Shown one piece after another: positions 1 to 15,819 of a stretch of DNA of 64,000 bases. The stretch's first letter is position 1. Each line of letters opens with the position of its first letter. The translations under genes were made by a program, and so were the position numbers. The notes beneath the pieces were generated by a model that did not search any database, had not been told where the DNA came from, and saw only the letters and a list, made by a program, of their open reading frames with translations. This stretch comes from Octopus vulgaris (lineage: Eukaryota): assembly GCA_951406725.2 (NCBI GenBank), contig OX597827.1, forward strand, positions 29,388,001-29,452,000, given 5' to 3'.

Positions 1-525
1 GTCGATGAAACAAATGTCATGTATGATATTTTTGTGGTCAAGGAAAGTGATTCATTCAATGAAGGAGCTTTTGCGGTGTTGTTTTTACCTGTTATAAATA
101 TCAACTAAATATCTCTGACATTACTTCCAATATGATAAATTAAGAAATTACTTATTAGATAACCTACTCCATAACGGATTCCTAAAATACGGGATGTTAT
201 AGCTGGGATTCGTTCTTTCGTAGTTCTGCTTGATCCGTGTCGAACTTTGGCAATAACAATAACCAAAAGAAGAAAAATTTAAAACAAAAATGAGTTGTAG
301 AACAAAAAAATCACTTCATTGAATTGGGAATTCAAATTCTGCTTAAACTGTTTTCAGTTTTGTCATATCTACTGAAAAACAAAAAGAATAACACAGTTGC
401 AGTACTGTTGAAGTAAAATAATCATTTATGTATCGTATTTAACGTATATAAACTAATAAACATCCAAAACAGCGTGGGTGCTATCCTAGACAAAATCTGT
501 TATAAATGCGCTGTGTTACAAAGAC

Positions 526-560
<35 letters not shown>

Positions 561-1417
561 TGTATGTATGTATGTATGTATGCATTCATGTATGTATGTA
601 TGTATGTATGTATGTATGTATTGGAGGAAGACGATAACTTGTCCTAACAGCAGATAGCGAGAGTACAAAATGCAATTCAACGTCCTTAGCCCCCCCCCCC
701 CCCCCCAATGTATTGTAATCGCAGCCAGCCAAACGCCTAGATGATGTTTCTCGTCTCCGATACAAGAAACACAGAATGAAATTAAAATAGTCATTTATAA
801 AATATAATTAACGTATGCATATATACTGTTGACAGGCGAGAGCTTGTGGTTTTCGTCCGGAGATTTTATCTCCACTCATCAATCCTCTTAACCTTGTGTT
901 TTCACAGAACTTGTTAATGTGTCAGCATTTGATGAAAAGCTCAGTTCTGAAACATTCTTGTTTGTTGAGATAATTAACCTGATATCGTTTTCAGAATTTA
1001 TAAACCGCATTCCATTGTCATGATTATGTATTGCATGCACTGCTTAAAAATATTCAAATAGGTATCGAATTAAATGCGACCCTCGTTTAATTTTCAAATA
1101 TATAGTGTATATATAGTTTATTCACATTCATGTATATTAAGTTCCTCAAAGAAAATGTGGTGTGATATTTACCTTCAGACATTCCGACATAGTGTTTCTT
1201 TTATCGGTAACAAGGTTTGTTTCATGATGATCACAGCCTCGTAGATAATTTCTTTGGTGTTGCATGACTCATAAAAGAGGAACATGAAGCGTTGTTTCCG
1301 TGCAAGCAGTTTACATCTGTTTATCTAGGGCTCATATAATGCTTTCCATCCATGTATAGATATGTAGGTCATAAGTGTGTAGATTTATATCTAATTATGT
1401 ATGATATATATGTATGT

Positions 1418-1492
<75 letters not shown>

Positions 1493-1754
1493 TGTATGTA
1501 TATATATATACACTCACACAATTTCGTATGTATATGTGTACGTGTATGCATATGTATATATATACGTAAATACCTTCATACAAATATATGCGTGATTGTA
1601 TGTGTGCGCGTGTACTCGTATGTGTGTATGGGCGCGAGCGTGTGCTTGTGTGTGTGTACGTGTGCGTATGTGTATAATGACCAATAAATACTTCTTACGT
1701 ACTCATTTCATTTTTACTCTTTACTTCGAGCTATAACAACAATAACTTTCTTCG

Positions 1755-2291
<537 letters not shown>

Positions 2292-2678
2292 GTGGAGGCG
2301 CAATGGCCCAGTGGTTAGGGCAACGGACTCGCGGTCATAGGATCGTGGTTTCGATTCCCAGACCGGGCGTTGTGAGTGTTTATTGAGCGAAAACACCTAA
2401 AGCTCCACGAGGCTCCGGCAGGGGATTGTGGTGATCCCTGCTGTACTCTTTCACCACAACTTTCTCTCACTCTTACTTCCTGTTTCTGTTGTACCTGTAT
2501 TTCAAAGGGCCGGCCTTGTCACTCTCTGTGTCACGCTGAATATCCCCGAGAACTACGTTAAGGGTACACGTGTCTGTGGAGTGCTCAGCCACTTACACGT
2601 TAATTTCACGAGCAGGCTGTTCCGTTGATTCGGATCAACCGGAACCCTCATCGTCGTAACCGACGGAGTGCTTCCACC
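2292..2678 (+). mobile_element. Full-length tRNA-derived SINE (family A; resembles octopus OR-type SINEs)
   Basis: Pol III A box TGGCCCAGTGG and B box GGTTTCGATTCCC; same head at 41488, 47741-48043 (minus) and 48144; flanked by ATTACTATTA at 2282-2291 and 2679-2688 (possible TSD, ambiguous inside the microsatellite). Confidence 0.85.
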
Positions 2679-2899
2679 ATTACTATTATTATTATTACTA
2701 TTGTTGTTGTTGCTGCTGTTGTTGTTATTTGATAATTTGTGGACAGGAAAGTTGCCGCAAGTTTTTATTTTGTAAATGTGTTATATATATATACCTACAC
2801 GATGATTGCAAGAAATGTAAATTCCTGTTTTTCATTGTGTTGTCGTTGCTACTGTTTCTAGCTTGGCAGAACCGTTTCTACAACTGTTGCTGCAGTTAA

Positions 2900-2930
<31 letters not shown>

Positions 2931-2986
2931 ATCGCTGCTGCTGCTGCTGTTGTTGTTGTTGTTGTTGTTGCTGCTGCTGCTGCTGC

Positions 2987-3035
<49 letters not shown>

Positions 3036-4510
3036 GCTGTTGCTGTGTTTGTGTTTACGCCATCGTCCATGGCACCAAATCCTCGGGAGTGATAGATTCT
3101 TCTGAAATCCTATGCATTCGCTCAGATTGAGGATGCTTGGAGCTGATATCTCAATTTGGATTGCAGATTATAGAAATTATCGCTCTTTGGAAGAATTTTC
3201 CATTCCTTCCATGTTTGCTTTCGTGTATTTATTTGTTTATATTTTATTATTATCTCTATTAACATTTTTATAACATTATTATTATTGTTTTTGTTGTTGT
3301 TGTCGGCGTTGTTGTTTATTATACATATATTTTTTTATATTATATGCTTCTTTTCATTGTTGTTATTGTTATAATTGTTGGAGTGAGAGAAAAGAATAAA
3401 GATTACAAAGAGTGACAGAGAAAAAGAATGCAAGAGATAGAAGAGGAGGAGAGAGTTGAGAAAGAGAGAAATCACTGGAGTGACATTCGTGTGTAAATAT
3501 ATGTGAGGATGAATATGTTTGTATCTTTGTATGTGTGAATATATGAATATGATTTGTATTTATATGTATGTACGTACATATGTATGTAGTACGTACGTAC
3601 GTACGTATTTCTGTATGTATGTATGTATGTACATACGTACGTATGTATATATGTATTTACGTACGTACGTATGTATCTATTATATATGTACGCATGTATA
3701 CATGCATGTACGTATGTATGTATGCATGTATGTACGTACGTACGTATGTATGTACGTATGTACGTATGTATATACGCATGTACGTACGTATCTATGTATG
3801 TATGTATGTATGTATGTATATACATATCCGTTTATAAAAACATACATAATAGCATAATAAAAATATAAAGACAGACAGACATGGATAGTGAGAGAAAGAG
3901 AGACAGACAGACAGACAGACAGACAGGCAGGCAGATAGAGAGAGAAAGAGAGAGAGAGACGAGTAAACACTGAGTGAAAGAAATTCAATAAGAATGAATA
4001 CATGTGAAGGATAAAGATGGAATGCGGATAAGAAGAAGCCCCAGGGTGAATATTAACAATTTCAATAATGAAAATGAACTGGAAAGAACGTTTTGGAATA
4101 GGAAATTAATTTGTTTCACGTTATGTTCTATAAATCGGAGATAAATATAAATACATTAAGTGCCTCTGTGTGTGTGTGTGTGCGCACGCGCGCGCGCGTG
4201 TGTGTGTGTGTGTGTGTGTAGGTGTGTATGAGTGTATGTGAGCGAGAGAGAGAGAAAGTTTGCTTTTTACGAAACCAAACAAAGCAAATTATAAGAAATA
4301 TTATACGCCGATGGTTTGTTCTTTTACCCGAAATATTGTAATAGAAGGTAAAAGTACAATCATATTAGTTCTAGTCACTTGCATTGTTTTGGCTTTATAA
4401 CAAAACTAACAAATACATTCATATATATTCGTATGTATTGTTAATGCATACTTACACACAGACACACACACACATATATATATATATAAATAAAATTAGT
4501 GTACATTTAT

Positions 4511-4673
4511 ACACAAAAGAGATTACCTTAAACAGGACACCGTACATATGTACAAGTGGTAACTTGAAAAATTTTTGTTTCATCCCGTTCGAAATTACTC
4601 TTAACCGTGGTTTGGGCTTTGACTGTTCCTTTTAGCATGTAAGTTGTCCTGTTTTGGGTCACCTCTTTTGTGT
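4511..4673. mobile_element. Small MITE-like element
   Basis: Imperfect ~28-bp terminal inverted repeats ACACAAAAGAGATTACCTTAAACAGGAC / GTCCTGTTTTGGGTCACCTCTTTTGTGT. Confidence 0.55.
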
Positions 4674-4861
4674 TTAAATGTACACTAATTTCATATGAAA
4701 AATATGTTATCTATTGACTATTTTATGCATGCTAGTCACTGATAGAAACATTTCTCTAGTTACTTCAAAAACGGAGAAAAATAACCAAGAGGAAATCTTC
4801 AACGTGACGTTAGCACATGCAAAGTATTAATAAGATTCTCAGAGAAGGAAAAAAAAATAGT

Positions 4862-4898
4862 TGTGTTATATTTCGAGCATAGCTCTTCTTCGGAAACA
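4862..4898 (-). ncRNA. Degenerate minimal hammerhead-like motif in PLE pseudo-LTR remnant
   Basis: Minus strand CCGAAGA-A-GAGC-UAU-GCUC-GAAA-UA-UA; surrounding sequence resembles 15730-15880. Confidence 0.45.
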
Positions 4899-5254
4899 GG
4901 AAACTTAGAAAAGTCCAAAGAAAAAGTAAAAAAGGAAGAAAAATAATCGCCAACAGTCCACGTGTAATGACATACATATAGCGAGAAAGAGAGAGTGGGA
5001 GAGTGAAGAGGTGTGATTCGGACATGCTCAAATAGTAGAACACACGTAGAAGTGCTCAAAAGGTTTGAAGTTACACTCTAAAATCTTTATCTAAGAGTAA
5101 GTCCGCGGGGTAAAGAATGGCTATAAGAGAAATCCATGTATGTGTGGGGGGTGCATGTGTGTGTGTGTTTGTGTATGCCTCTGTATGTGTGTGTATTCGT
5201 GTGTGTGTGCCTGTATGTCTTTATATGTATCTACCTATATGGATATATATATAT

Positions 5255-5331
<77 letters not shown>

Positions 5332-5617
5332 GAAATATAGAAATTGATCTCGGACAGAATATACTATCGTAAGATTCCGTTTTTTTTTTCTTTTTTATTC
5401 TTTTTCGAATTTTCAGACAACTGAAGTAGAAGATATGGCAAGCGGTTGTTCTTATTCTACAGAAATGTGCATCTTGACGAAATCAAAAAGAAAGTCTCAA
5501 CAAAAAGGAAGGAAGAAAAAAGTAAACAGTTCAATAAAGAAAGTCACAAATAAAGGATAAAAGGAAAGAAAACAACAGTTGAAAAACGGTTTATTCATGG
5601 AAAGAAAAACCTACAGA

Positions 5618-5715
<98 letters not shown>

Positions 5716-6798
5716 TAGATGCACATAAGTGTTAGTGTGTGCGTGCGTTCGCTTTGCTTCAAGAACTCTACTGAGTAAACAACTTCGGAGTAATGCTGCT
5801 ACTTTGTAGATTCTCACCAGCAACATTTGCCAAATTTTCGAAATTTGTTGAAAGAGCAGACAACGATCTGAAGAGACTTCCGTTCAGTCATTGAATCGAT
5901 ATTTCCTGTTAAATTTTTTGGATATTGCAGCCTAGTGGCTTCAATCTACTGACTAACTAATATCGTTCAGCTTGTTAAATATACCAGCTAAATATCCTTC
6001 TAATCATATCTTATCGTCTTATAGCGGAGCATATTTGATAATATAGAGTGAAGTATTTGATAAGATACAGTGAAGTCACGGGAAAAAATTAGAAAGAAAA
6101 AGCGACCAGATAGTCATAACATGCTTTTGATTGCTTCCATATATCTCTGGTATACAACAGCAACAACAATAACACCAACAACGGACAAAATATTTTTAGA
6201 TATATAATTATCTCACAATACAAAACTTTATATCTGCACTACACAATTTCGCATGTGAATAAACGGGTTTTCATGCATAAACAGTTATAAAAAGGACCAA
6301 AAGCATTTCTTCGTATCTATATAAGAATAAAATCATTACAAAGCTCTTTGCAGCGGGAGGTTTAAACCTGTGGAAACTGTTTCTATTATATAACAAGCTC
6401 AATGCTTATATCAATGAATACTTCATTAAGCAGAGAATGAAAATACTGACAGAGAGTCTGTATCAATCAGCAGCGATAAAGTGAGCTGGAACTTTGTGTA
6501 GACAAACATTTGCTGTTTGCTGCAATTGTGCACACGAATGCCGGCGTCGAATCGGCCACTTGCAAGCATTATTATGAAAACAGTAATCCCACGTCATATT
6601 GTGAAGGACATTTTAAACAACCACCTAAAATTCATAAACTCAGACAAGAAGACTCTTCAGTCTTGTTTGTGTTTAGTTTGGCTATAATTACTTTGTTAAA
6701 CAGTATTTGGCAACTATACATGAATTTTCCTTTTCCGCCATTTTAAATTATTTTCTGTTATGGGCGCCAAACTTTGCTTGCGCTCTTCTCTTTATTAC

Positions 6799-6861
<63 letters not shown>

Positions 6862-6916
6862 CATTATTATTATTATTATTACTATTATTATTATTATTAT
6901 TATTATGATTATCACC

Positions 6917-6952
<36 letters not shown>

Positions 6953-7404
6953 TCCATCATTATTATTTTCAAATCATTACTCTTTCTCTTTACCCACTTC
7001 ACTGTCGTTACCCTATTTTGTATATATTTCGATACATGCTCATAAATATATACATACATGTATTGTAATAAATACGCATGGAAACGCGTATTTATTACAA
7101 TACATATATATATACACACACATGCACTCATACAAACCTACATTCATATATATACTACTGCATAAATGTATAATCTATCCATGTGTGAGTTTATATGTTT
7201 ATACATACACACCTATACACGCATAAACGAACACGTGCGTATGTGTAGATGTGTTTAAGTGTATATGTACATGTACCTGTAAGAATAAGAATTTTACACA
7301 AATACACAAACATATATATATGTATGTATGTATGTATATGTATATAATTATATGCATATCTATCTGTTTCTCTCTATATATATATACATATATACATGTG
7401 TCTA

Positions 7405-7478
<74 letters not shown>

Positions 7479-7523
7479 CAGACAGACAGACAGACAGAAA
7501 GAATGTGTGTGTGTGCGTGTGTG

Positions 7524-7575
<52 letters not shown>

Positions 7576-7830
7576 TGTGTACGTGCGTGCGTGTGTACGT
7601 GCCTATTTATCTAGCAGGACTTTCAAGCTCCATTTTGTTATTTTTATAAAATCTATAAATGTTTATCGTTGGGTATTTGCATTGCTGTCTATTCTCGATC
7701 AATTAACAAATATGGAAACTTCTTTTAAATCGATTGACAAATATTGAAACTTAATGGTGTCCTTGCTGCCCTTTGCTATTGAACATTGTTATAAAGCTGC
7801 CTTGCAGTAATCCATGCACACAAACAAACA

Positions 7831-7899
<69 letters not shown>

Positions 7900-7939
7900 A
7901 CATATATATGTATAAATACATATCTATATGTATACATAC

Positions 7940-7985
<46 letters not shown>

Positions 7986-8021
7986 GCACACACAAACACA
8001 CACACACACGCACACACACAT

Positions 8022-8064
<43 letters not shown>

Positions 8065-8077
8065 CAATGTGCTTATA

Positions 8078-8247
8078 AGCTTGCTACTCAACAACATGAT
8101 GCCGGGTTTAGTCCCTCTGCATGGCACATTTGGCAAGTGTTTTTGCTATACCCTCGGGCCTACCAAACTCTGAGTGGATTTGGTAGACGAGAACCTAAAA
8201 AATGTAATATATATGTGTGTGTGTCTGTATATAGGTGTGTGTGGGTC

Positions 8248-8313
<66 letters not shown>

Positions 8314-8460
8314 CCCCACCATCGCTTGACAACAGATTTTGGTGTGTTTACGCCATTGTATCTTAGCGGTTCAGCAACAGGGACCGATAGAATAAGTAGT
8401 AGGCTTACAAAGAATAAATACTGAGGTCGATTTCTTTGACTAGAAACCATTTAAGGTGAA
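8078..8460 (+). mobile_element. SINE family B with internal (TA)n/(TG)n microsatellite
   Basis: Colinear with 51933-52302: B-box-like GGGTTTAGTCCC, GAGTGGATTTGGTAGACG, internal TG tract, CTTAGCGGTTC..GACCGATAGAATAAGTA. Confidence 0.75.
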
Positions 8461-8699
8461 CCGCTAAGATACCACCAAAGACCTTGGAGCTAGCATAAAG
8501 AGATTGACCAAGACACCAAAATACCCATGTACACAAATACACACGCACCCCCTCCCATAAGACAGACACCCGGCAGTTAACCACCACCCTCAACCACCCC
8601 AACACACCCACACGCAAATTGTACTCCAACATAAACAAACCAACGCACACACAGTACTCTTACACTCTTACACACAATACATTTCACAAATAGGCACTT

Positions 8700-8916
8700 C
8701 ATACGTTTCATACGTAGGCACTTTAAATTTCTGTTAAACCATTTTATTTCTATTAAACCATTTTATTACATTAAAATTTCTATTTTACAATTAACTAAAT
8801 TAGCATAGAATAATGGTTTCATATATTTTTTTATAATTAAGATCTAAACTATTAATATATGAACGCGAAAGAGAAGAGAGTTGAATTAGTGTAAACCCTA
8901 TTTTGGGCCAACCTGT
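8700..8916 (-). mobile_element. Tc1/mariner-like terminus fragment
   Basis: Minus strand TA-CAGGTTGGCCCAAAATAGGG resembles a Tc1/mariner TIR; no partner TIR seen. Confidence 0.35.
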
Positions 8917-9003
8917 ATATGTACATGCATACATCATACATGCATACATCATACATACATACATACATACATACATACATACATACATACATACATACAT
9001 ACA

Positions 9004-9037
<34 letters not shown>

Positions 9038-9257
9038 CATACATACATACATACATATATACATACATGCATGCATGATATAAAAAATATCCCGGAAACA
9101 GCTGAAAGACCTTCACTTATTTATAAATGTTCTAAAATCTTCACATCCTTGTTTTTTTTATCTCATTCTGAATTTTTTTATATATACATACATATATATA
9201 TATATACATACATATATATATAGATATATAGATATATATATATACATACATGCATAC

Positions 9258-9307
<50 letters not shown>

Positions 9308-9324
9308 ACATAAGAGATTAATAA

Positions 9325-9450
9325 AATAAGTACTAGGTTTACAAAGAATAAGTGCCGGGAGAGGGGGTCGATTTGTTCAATAAAACCCTCTTTATGGCGG
9401 TGCTCCAGCATGGCCGCAGTCAAGTGACTGAAACCAGTAAAAGAATAAAA
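9325..9450 (+). mobile_element. SINE family B 3' part
   Basis: AATAAGTACTAGG..GGCGGTGCTCCAGCATGGCCGCAGTCAAGTGACTGAAAC matches the other family B tails. Confidence 0.7.
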
Positions 9451-9466
9451 GAAAAGAATAAAAAGA

Positions 9467-9563
<97 letters not shown>

Positions 9564-10159
9564 TCATACGTGCATATATTTTTTCCGAATTTGTGTAAAT
9601 GTGTATAGAATAATATAAAGTTAAAACATGCTCTGGTTTTCATTTTTTTATTATTGTGTTTCCCCAAAAAATGTTCTTTTTAAATATGTGTTAAACATTA
9701 AAAAAATTATTTAGCAATGTTCATAAAGTTCAATTGGCACTTTCACACGTATACATACATACATACATACATACATACATACATACATACATACATACAT
9801 ACATACATACATACATACATACATACATGTATTCGAGAGGCTTCTTTCAGTTTCCGGCGACGAAATCTGCTCCACAAAATTTTGGTCTGTCGGACGCTGT
9901 AGTACAAGACACCTGTCCAAGGTGAGATGCAAATCCACAGGATGGGATTTGAACTTAAATCCACAGGATGCGAAGCGTACAGGCATTCTGGTATTGAATA
10001 CAACGAAACAAAAATTACTTAAAGTACATATCGCTATTGTTAGGTATTTGAGGGGGACGTGAAGTTTTGCTTTGACTCTATGCTTCGACTTCCATTGCAA
10101 AGGTTCTCTTTTGGAAGATGCTTTAGTTTCTCACTCCCTCTGTTTCTGTCTTTCTTTTT

Positions 10160-10207
<48 letters not shown>

Positions 10208-10478
10208 TCACTCTTTCACATCCTGGCAAAGCAACTAAACAAACGTTATAATAGTAAGTAGTCTAGTCTGTCCAATGTTATCTAAATCAACTATTGATAC
10301 AGGCAGTTCACTAAAGTGTTGATCGATGTTACAGACTCATAAATATGTGTGTATGTATGTGTTTGTGTGTGTGTGTGTGTGTGTGTGAGTTGGCGTGTGT
10401 GTCTGTGAGAGAGAGAGGGAGAGAGACAGTAGGTGGGTGTATATATTTATATAGGTAGTTAGCTAGGTAGATAGATGA

Positions 10479-10538
<60 letters not shown>

Positions 10539-10584
10539 TCACACACAGAAACAGAGAGAGCGTGTAAGAGATGCACCTATGTGC

Positions 10585-10639
<55 letters not shown>

Positions 10640-10857
10640 TATACATATATATATATTATATATACATACATATATATACCTACATATATATATACATACA
10701 CATATATGTATATATACCTAGCTTGCTAACTATATAAATACATCTGTCTATATATATATATATTCACATACACATACATGCACTGACACGCACACGAACA
10801 CACACACACGCACACTGATATATATATATGTATACATACTATCTCTCTATCTAGCTC

Positions 10858-10954
<97 letters not shown>

Positions 10955-12143
10955 ACACTCATACACACACAAGGAAAGATTTACTAGCTGAAGTTCTTAA
11001 CGAAAGCTTCTTAAGTTATCGAACGGTTTGTTCAAGCTGTTGATGGAATTAGATTTCAACGTTTAATTTCCATCATATTTACGGCATGGCTTCTCTCATT
11101 GTCCATCAATAATACTTTTATAAGATCCGAAATCACTGATACCCTGATAGACAGAGAAATTACAAAAGTCACGAGGCCATCTTATACGTAAGACAACTTA
11201 AATTACTATATTAGCTGACGTATTTATCATCTCTGTTTATCTATCTCTGACTCTTGATCTCAGTAACTCTATTTCATTTCGACTCGTCCTTTACTCATTC
11301 CAGGATATATATTCATATATATACTCCTAGCTCTCTTTGCGACATCATGTACTCTCGATTCCTTAGATTTATCATGTAAATGCTTATCGTCTGCTCAATC
11401 TCACAATTTATGTCTTCTGCACACTAACTACTCCATTGTGGGACCGTAATGTTTTTTTGATTTTTGCTTCACTTCAAGAAAACTTTCTGGAGATGTATGA
11501 TGTCTATTTATTTGCTTGTCGCTATATATTTATAAAATGACACAAACAGAATAAAGATCGTTTTTTTTTTTTTTTTTTTTTTTTTCAAGAAACATAAATC
11601 TGATATGAATCGATTTTTAAAACCGCTCATCTTTATCTTCTGCATTTTAAACATTTCGAAGAATGCAAAGCTTGCAAAGTATGTGTCAGAATCCACAGCT
11701 TGATGCATTTGTATACGACAGAACCGAAACGAAATATCTTCTGTAGAATTAATCTCGGATATGCAAGCCTCCAGTGGAAATACCTTAACTTACTCGGTCA
11801 TTTTTTTCCCAGTCGGTGAAGTCATAAAGTTTTAAAATATACCAGACGTCATAGAGCCGTCGATAATAAATAACAGAGCGAACAGAGATAACAAAACCTT
11901 TTATTGAAATAATGTAATAAAAAGATCAAAGATCGTTGCAAGAGAAGATGAAATTAATGATTTTATTCAGAAAAATTTAGAGAAAGAATTTATTTATTAA
12001 TTTTATTCATTTATTTATTTATTTATTTGGACGAGGAGGGAGTGGATATAATAATAAATAAATTTTATGCAATGAAGATGAAAGGAAAATATAAAAAAGA
12101 AGAGTATAAGTTGCCAAAGCCAAGATGGAAATTTTATAATAAA

Positions 12144-12221
<78 letters not shown>

Positions 12222-12511
12222 GGTGATAATGATAAACACTTCAAAATAGATTTAGAGATCTAAAAAAGTCAAATAATAATAATAATAATAATAACAACAA
12301 CAACAACAATAATTTGTCTGGATTTTATTTCTCATTGCATTTTTCGTCTTTATTCTTTTCTCTTTCTTCTTACAAATATTATTATAGTTGTAGATTTTAT
12401 TGTTTTGTTGACGAATTTGTTGATATTTTTACATTTTTTTGCATTCTTTTGATATGTTTTTTTGTTAATGATGTTGTTATTGTCGCTGTTTGGTTTTGAT
12501 TTCCCTCATCA

Positions 12512-12590
<79 letters not shown>

Positions 12591-12884
12591 CACTATTACT
12601 ATTATGTCGCGTCTTCGTTATGGTAGTTATATACTTTTTACATTTATATTATTTGTTTGCCTTAATGTTAATTTTTATTATCTCCCTTTGTTGTTGTTGC
12701 ATTTTATTGTTTGTAAGTTCGTTTCGTGAAGACTTCAAAACTTCATAATTACTGTAGAAAATATTTGTGAAACATTACGGTGCATCGATAGGGATCTGTT
12801 CATGAGTGGGTGTTGGGATGTCTAAAGATATGTATATATACGTGTGTTTGTAGTTTGTAGTGTATATATGTATATATACATGCG

Positions 12885-12921
<37 letters not shown>

Positions 12922-12935
12922 ATATATATATATAC

Positions 12936-12988
<53 letters not shown>

Positions 12989-13063
12989 CATATAAATATG
13001 TGTATATATATATATATCTTTGTATACATATACATATATATGACTGCCTGTTTATTATTGTTA

Positions 13064-13112
<49 letters not shown>

Positions 13113-13192
13113 CATCATCATTATTATTACATAAATCTTGATATATTGATGCGTACGTGTATATATATATATACATAGATATACTAGATGCA

Positions 13193-13239
<47 letters not shown>

Positions 13240-13569
13240 GTACACACACTCGCACACATACATATATAAAGCGATACACACGCAATAATGTGTGTGCGTG
13301 TGTGTGTGAGTGTGTGCATGCGAGCAAATATGTGTTTTTTATTTATGTGTATGGCATATTCAATATCCATCCATATAAATATGTCTGCAACGATATTTCT
13401 ATCGTATATGCTTGTATATGTTTGCAGTGTTGCAGTGTGTCTGTGTGTGGTTGTGCGAATTTCAAATTATTCAAAAGTTTCCAATGACAGTATAAATCTA
13501 GACACTTCTGCGCATGACTCTATTGTCCACCATGGCCATTGTTCCAGTGAGATAATTTCTACTGCCAGA

Positions 13570-13576
13570 TCTTTTC

Positions 13577-13629
<53 letters not shown>

Positions 13630-13834
13630 ACTGTCCATGTCTCTCTCCATTTCCACCCTGTTCTTTTCTTTTGTTTTCTTTCTCCCTTCATCTTTGCTTT
13701 TCTCTCTTTCTCTTTCAACTATCTGTTCTCTCCCACCATCTTTCTCCCGTCTCCTCACTCCCTCCCCACTTTCTCCAGAGTGTCTTTCTTGCATTCCCCT
13801 CTCTTTCACTCCCAGTCTCTCTCTCCCTCTCTCC

Positions 13835-13901
<67 letters not shown>

Positions 13902-14450
13902 TGTATCTATCCATCTATCTAAGCTTTCTTATTTCTTACCCAACTCTTTCTTTTCCTTTCATCTACCCGTCTCTCACTTTCCCTCCCTCTTTTCACTTTC
14001 ACCCTCTTTCTCATCCTCTATCAGATTTCTCTCTTCCATATCTATCTCTCTCTTTTCGTTCATTCGTCCATGCCTCTCACTTCCTTTCTCTCTCCCCCTC
14101 ACTTTCACACTCTCTCCGTCTTGATTTTCTTTCTTCCAATTCTCTCTTTGTATTTCTTCCTCTTTCCCTCCCTCTCTATTTCTCTCGCTGTCTCTCTCTC
14201 TCTCTCTGTTTTCTTTCACCTTTACCCCTTCTTCCTCTTTTCTTTCACACACTTTACTCTAACTCAATCTTCTCTCTCTCTCTTTTTCTCTTTCCTTCTC
14301 TCTCTCTCTCTATCTATCTATCTATCACTATTTTATCCCGTCTCTATCCCTATCTCTCCCCCTCTCCCATCTCTCTTTGTATCACTCTCTTCCTTTCTCT
14401 CATTCTCTTAGTCATCCATTTCCTCCACATCTTCCTTTTCCACTTCATAA
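13570..14450 (+). repeat. ~900-bp polypyrimidine (CT-rich) tract
   Basis: Almost exclusively C/T with (CT)n cores; source of the Ser/Leu/Phe ORFs. Confidence 0.9.
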
Positions 14451-14476
14451 ATACATAATAAATTAAACAAACAATG

Positions 14477-14529
<53 letters not shown>

Positions 14530-14971
14530 ACTTTTACACACACAAACAACAATTCTATCAAAAATGTTATTTCAAGGAGTTATTTCTAACATTTACATTA
14601 TTATCAACTTTCGTTTCCATTCTTGCTAGAAATGGTTATGTTATATGTTAGAAATGGTTATATTTCGAAGTTTTTTGTCAATTCCGCATCCTCAGTTTTT
14701 GTATGTTTGTTTTCATTGTACCGCTTATTCTATATTTCTGAATATTTTTAACATGCCTTTTGTATCAAATATTGTTTCTGTTGTTGTTGTTGTTGTTGTT
14801 ATCATTGAGTGAGAAAGCAGCGCATGCCATCATAGTGACGTTAGAGCAGAAATATACGAAGCCCAATATGCCCATCATGACTACCCGTCTGATAAGGGTA
14901 CACCAGGCACATTGCATCACAACCATATGTGCGCGACATGGTGACTTCATATCGCTAAACGGCGCTATCAT

Positions 14972-15024
<53 letters not shown>

Positions 15025-15081
15025 TTACTACTACTACTATTACTACTACTACTACTACAACAACTACTACAACTACTACTT

Positions 15082-15119
<38 letters not shown>

Positions 15120-15160
15120 GCTACTACTACTACTACCACTACTACTACAACTACTATTGA

Positions 15161-15302
15161 AAAGGCAAGGTGGCAGAACTGATAGCATTTTGAACAAAAT
15201 ATTTAGCGGCATTTCTTTCGGTTCTTCACCTTCTGGGTTCAAATTCTGCCGAAGCTGACTTTACCTTTCATCCTTTCTGGATCGACAAAATAAGGTAGCA
15301 GC
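15161..15302 (+). mobile_element. SINE family C fragment (Nin/Deu-like domain)
   Basis: GGGTTCAAATTCTGCCGAAGCTGACTTTACCTTTCATCCTTTCTGGATCGACAAAATAAG, homologous to 47305-47680. Confidence 0.65.
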
Positions 15303-15304
15303 TG

Positions 15305-15366
<62 letters not shown>

Positions 15367-15377
15367 TATATCTGGCC

Positions 15378-15440
15378 AGATAACCGAAGAGATGGTGTTG
15401 TGGATTTTCACCTCGGCATCCGAAACTCAGAGTTTTATCT
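15378..15440 (+). ncRNA. Hammerhead-like motif, variant core
   Basis: Stem I AGAUAA/UUAUCU; CCGAAGA; stem II GAUG..CAUC; GAAA; stem III CUC-A-GAG; UU. Second copy at 33854-33916 on the minus strand. Confidence 0.55.
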
Positions 15441-15568
15441 TGGCTATTGAATAATTGTGACATATTATTTTACATATATATATATATATATATATAAATG
15501 TGACCGCGTGTGTACCGTTGGCGATTTTTTCCTCCGTCTTCCCTTCTTTGGATCTTTCCTTTTCCTAT

Positions 15569-15603
15569 GTTTCTGACGAAGAGCTCCGCTCGAAACGTTA
15601 AAC
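15569..15603 (+). ncRNA. Minimal type I hammerhead ribozyme motif (PLE pseudo-LTR remnant 15497-15705)
   Basis: GUUU-CUGACGA-A-GAGC-UCC-GCUC-GAAA-CG-UU-AAAC; canonical CUGANGA and GAAA, palindromic AACGUU helix III. Confidence 0.7.
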
Positions 15604-15784
15604 CCTCCTTCTTTCCTTCTTTCCTGAGCGTCCAATAATACTATACTTGTTCCACGTCCTCGCGTTGTTGTGTTTTCTCTTTGTGTTTTCATGTTTGGAT
15701 TAACTGTGTGTATATATATATACATATAGTCAGTTCCACGAACAAACAATTCAAGAAGCGAAAAGAAAGGTGAAAGGTGAGAAT

Positions 15785-15819
15785 TTTTCACGTTTCGAGC
15801 ATGGCTCTTCATCGGAAAA
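15785..15819 (-). ncRNA. Degenerate minimal hammerhead-like motif
   Basis: Minus strand UUUU-CCGAUGA-A-GAGC-CAU-GCUC-GAAA-CG-UG-AAAA; core and cleavage triplet non-canonical. Confidence 0.45.

Noticed and set aside
1-1330. Unique-looking sequence with short open frames
   Set aside because: No recognisable domain or consistent splice-site pair.
2296-2366. tRNA gene
   Set aside because: A and B boxes are present, but the sequence continues into a multi-copy SINE body and lacks a proper cloverleaf.
2858-3105. Poly-Leu, poly-Thr or poly-Gln ORFs
   Set aside because: (GTT)/(GCT) microsatellite with no flanking domain or convincing exon structure.
13288-14458. 278-aa and 273-aa Ser/Leu/Phe ORFs resembling membrane proteins
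   Set aside because: Polypyrimidine tract artefact.
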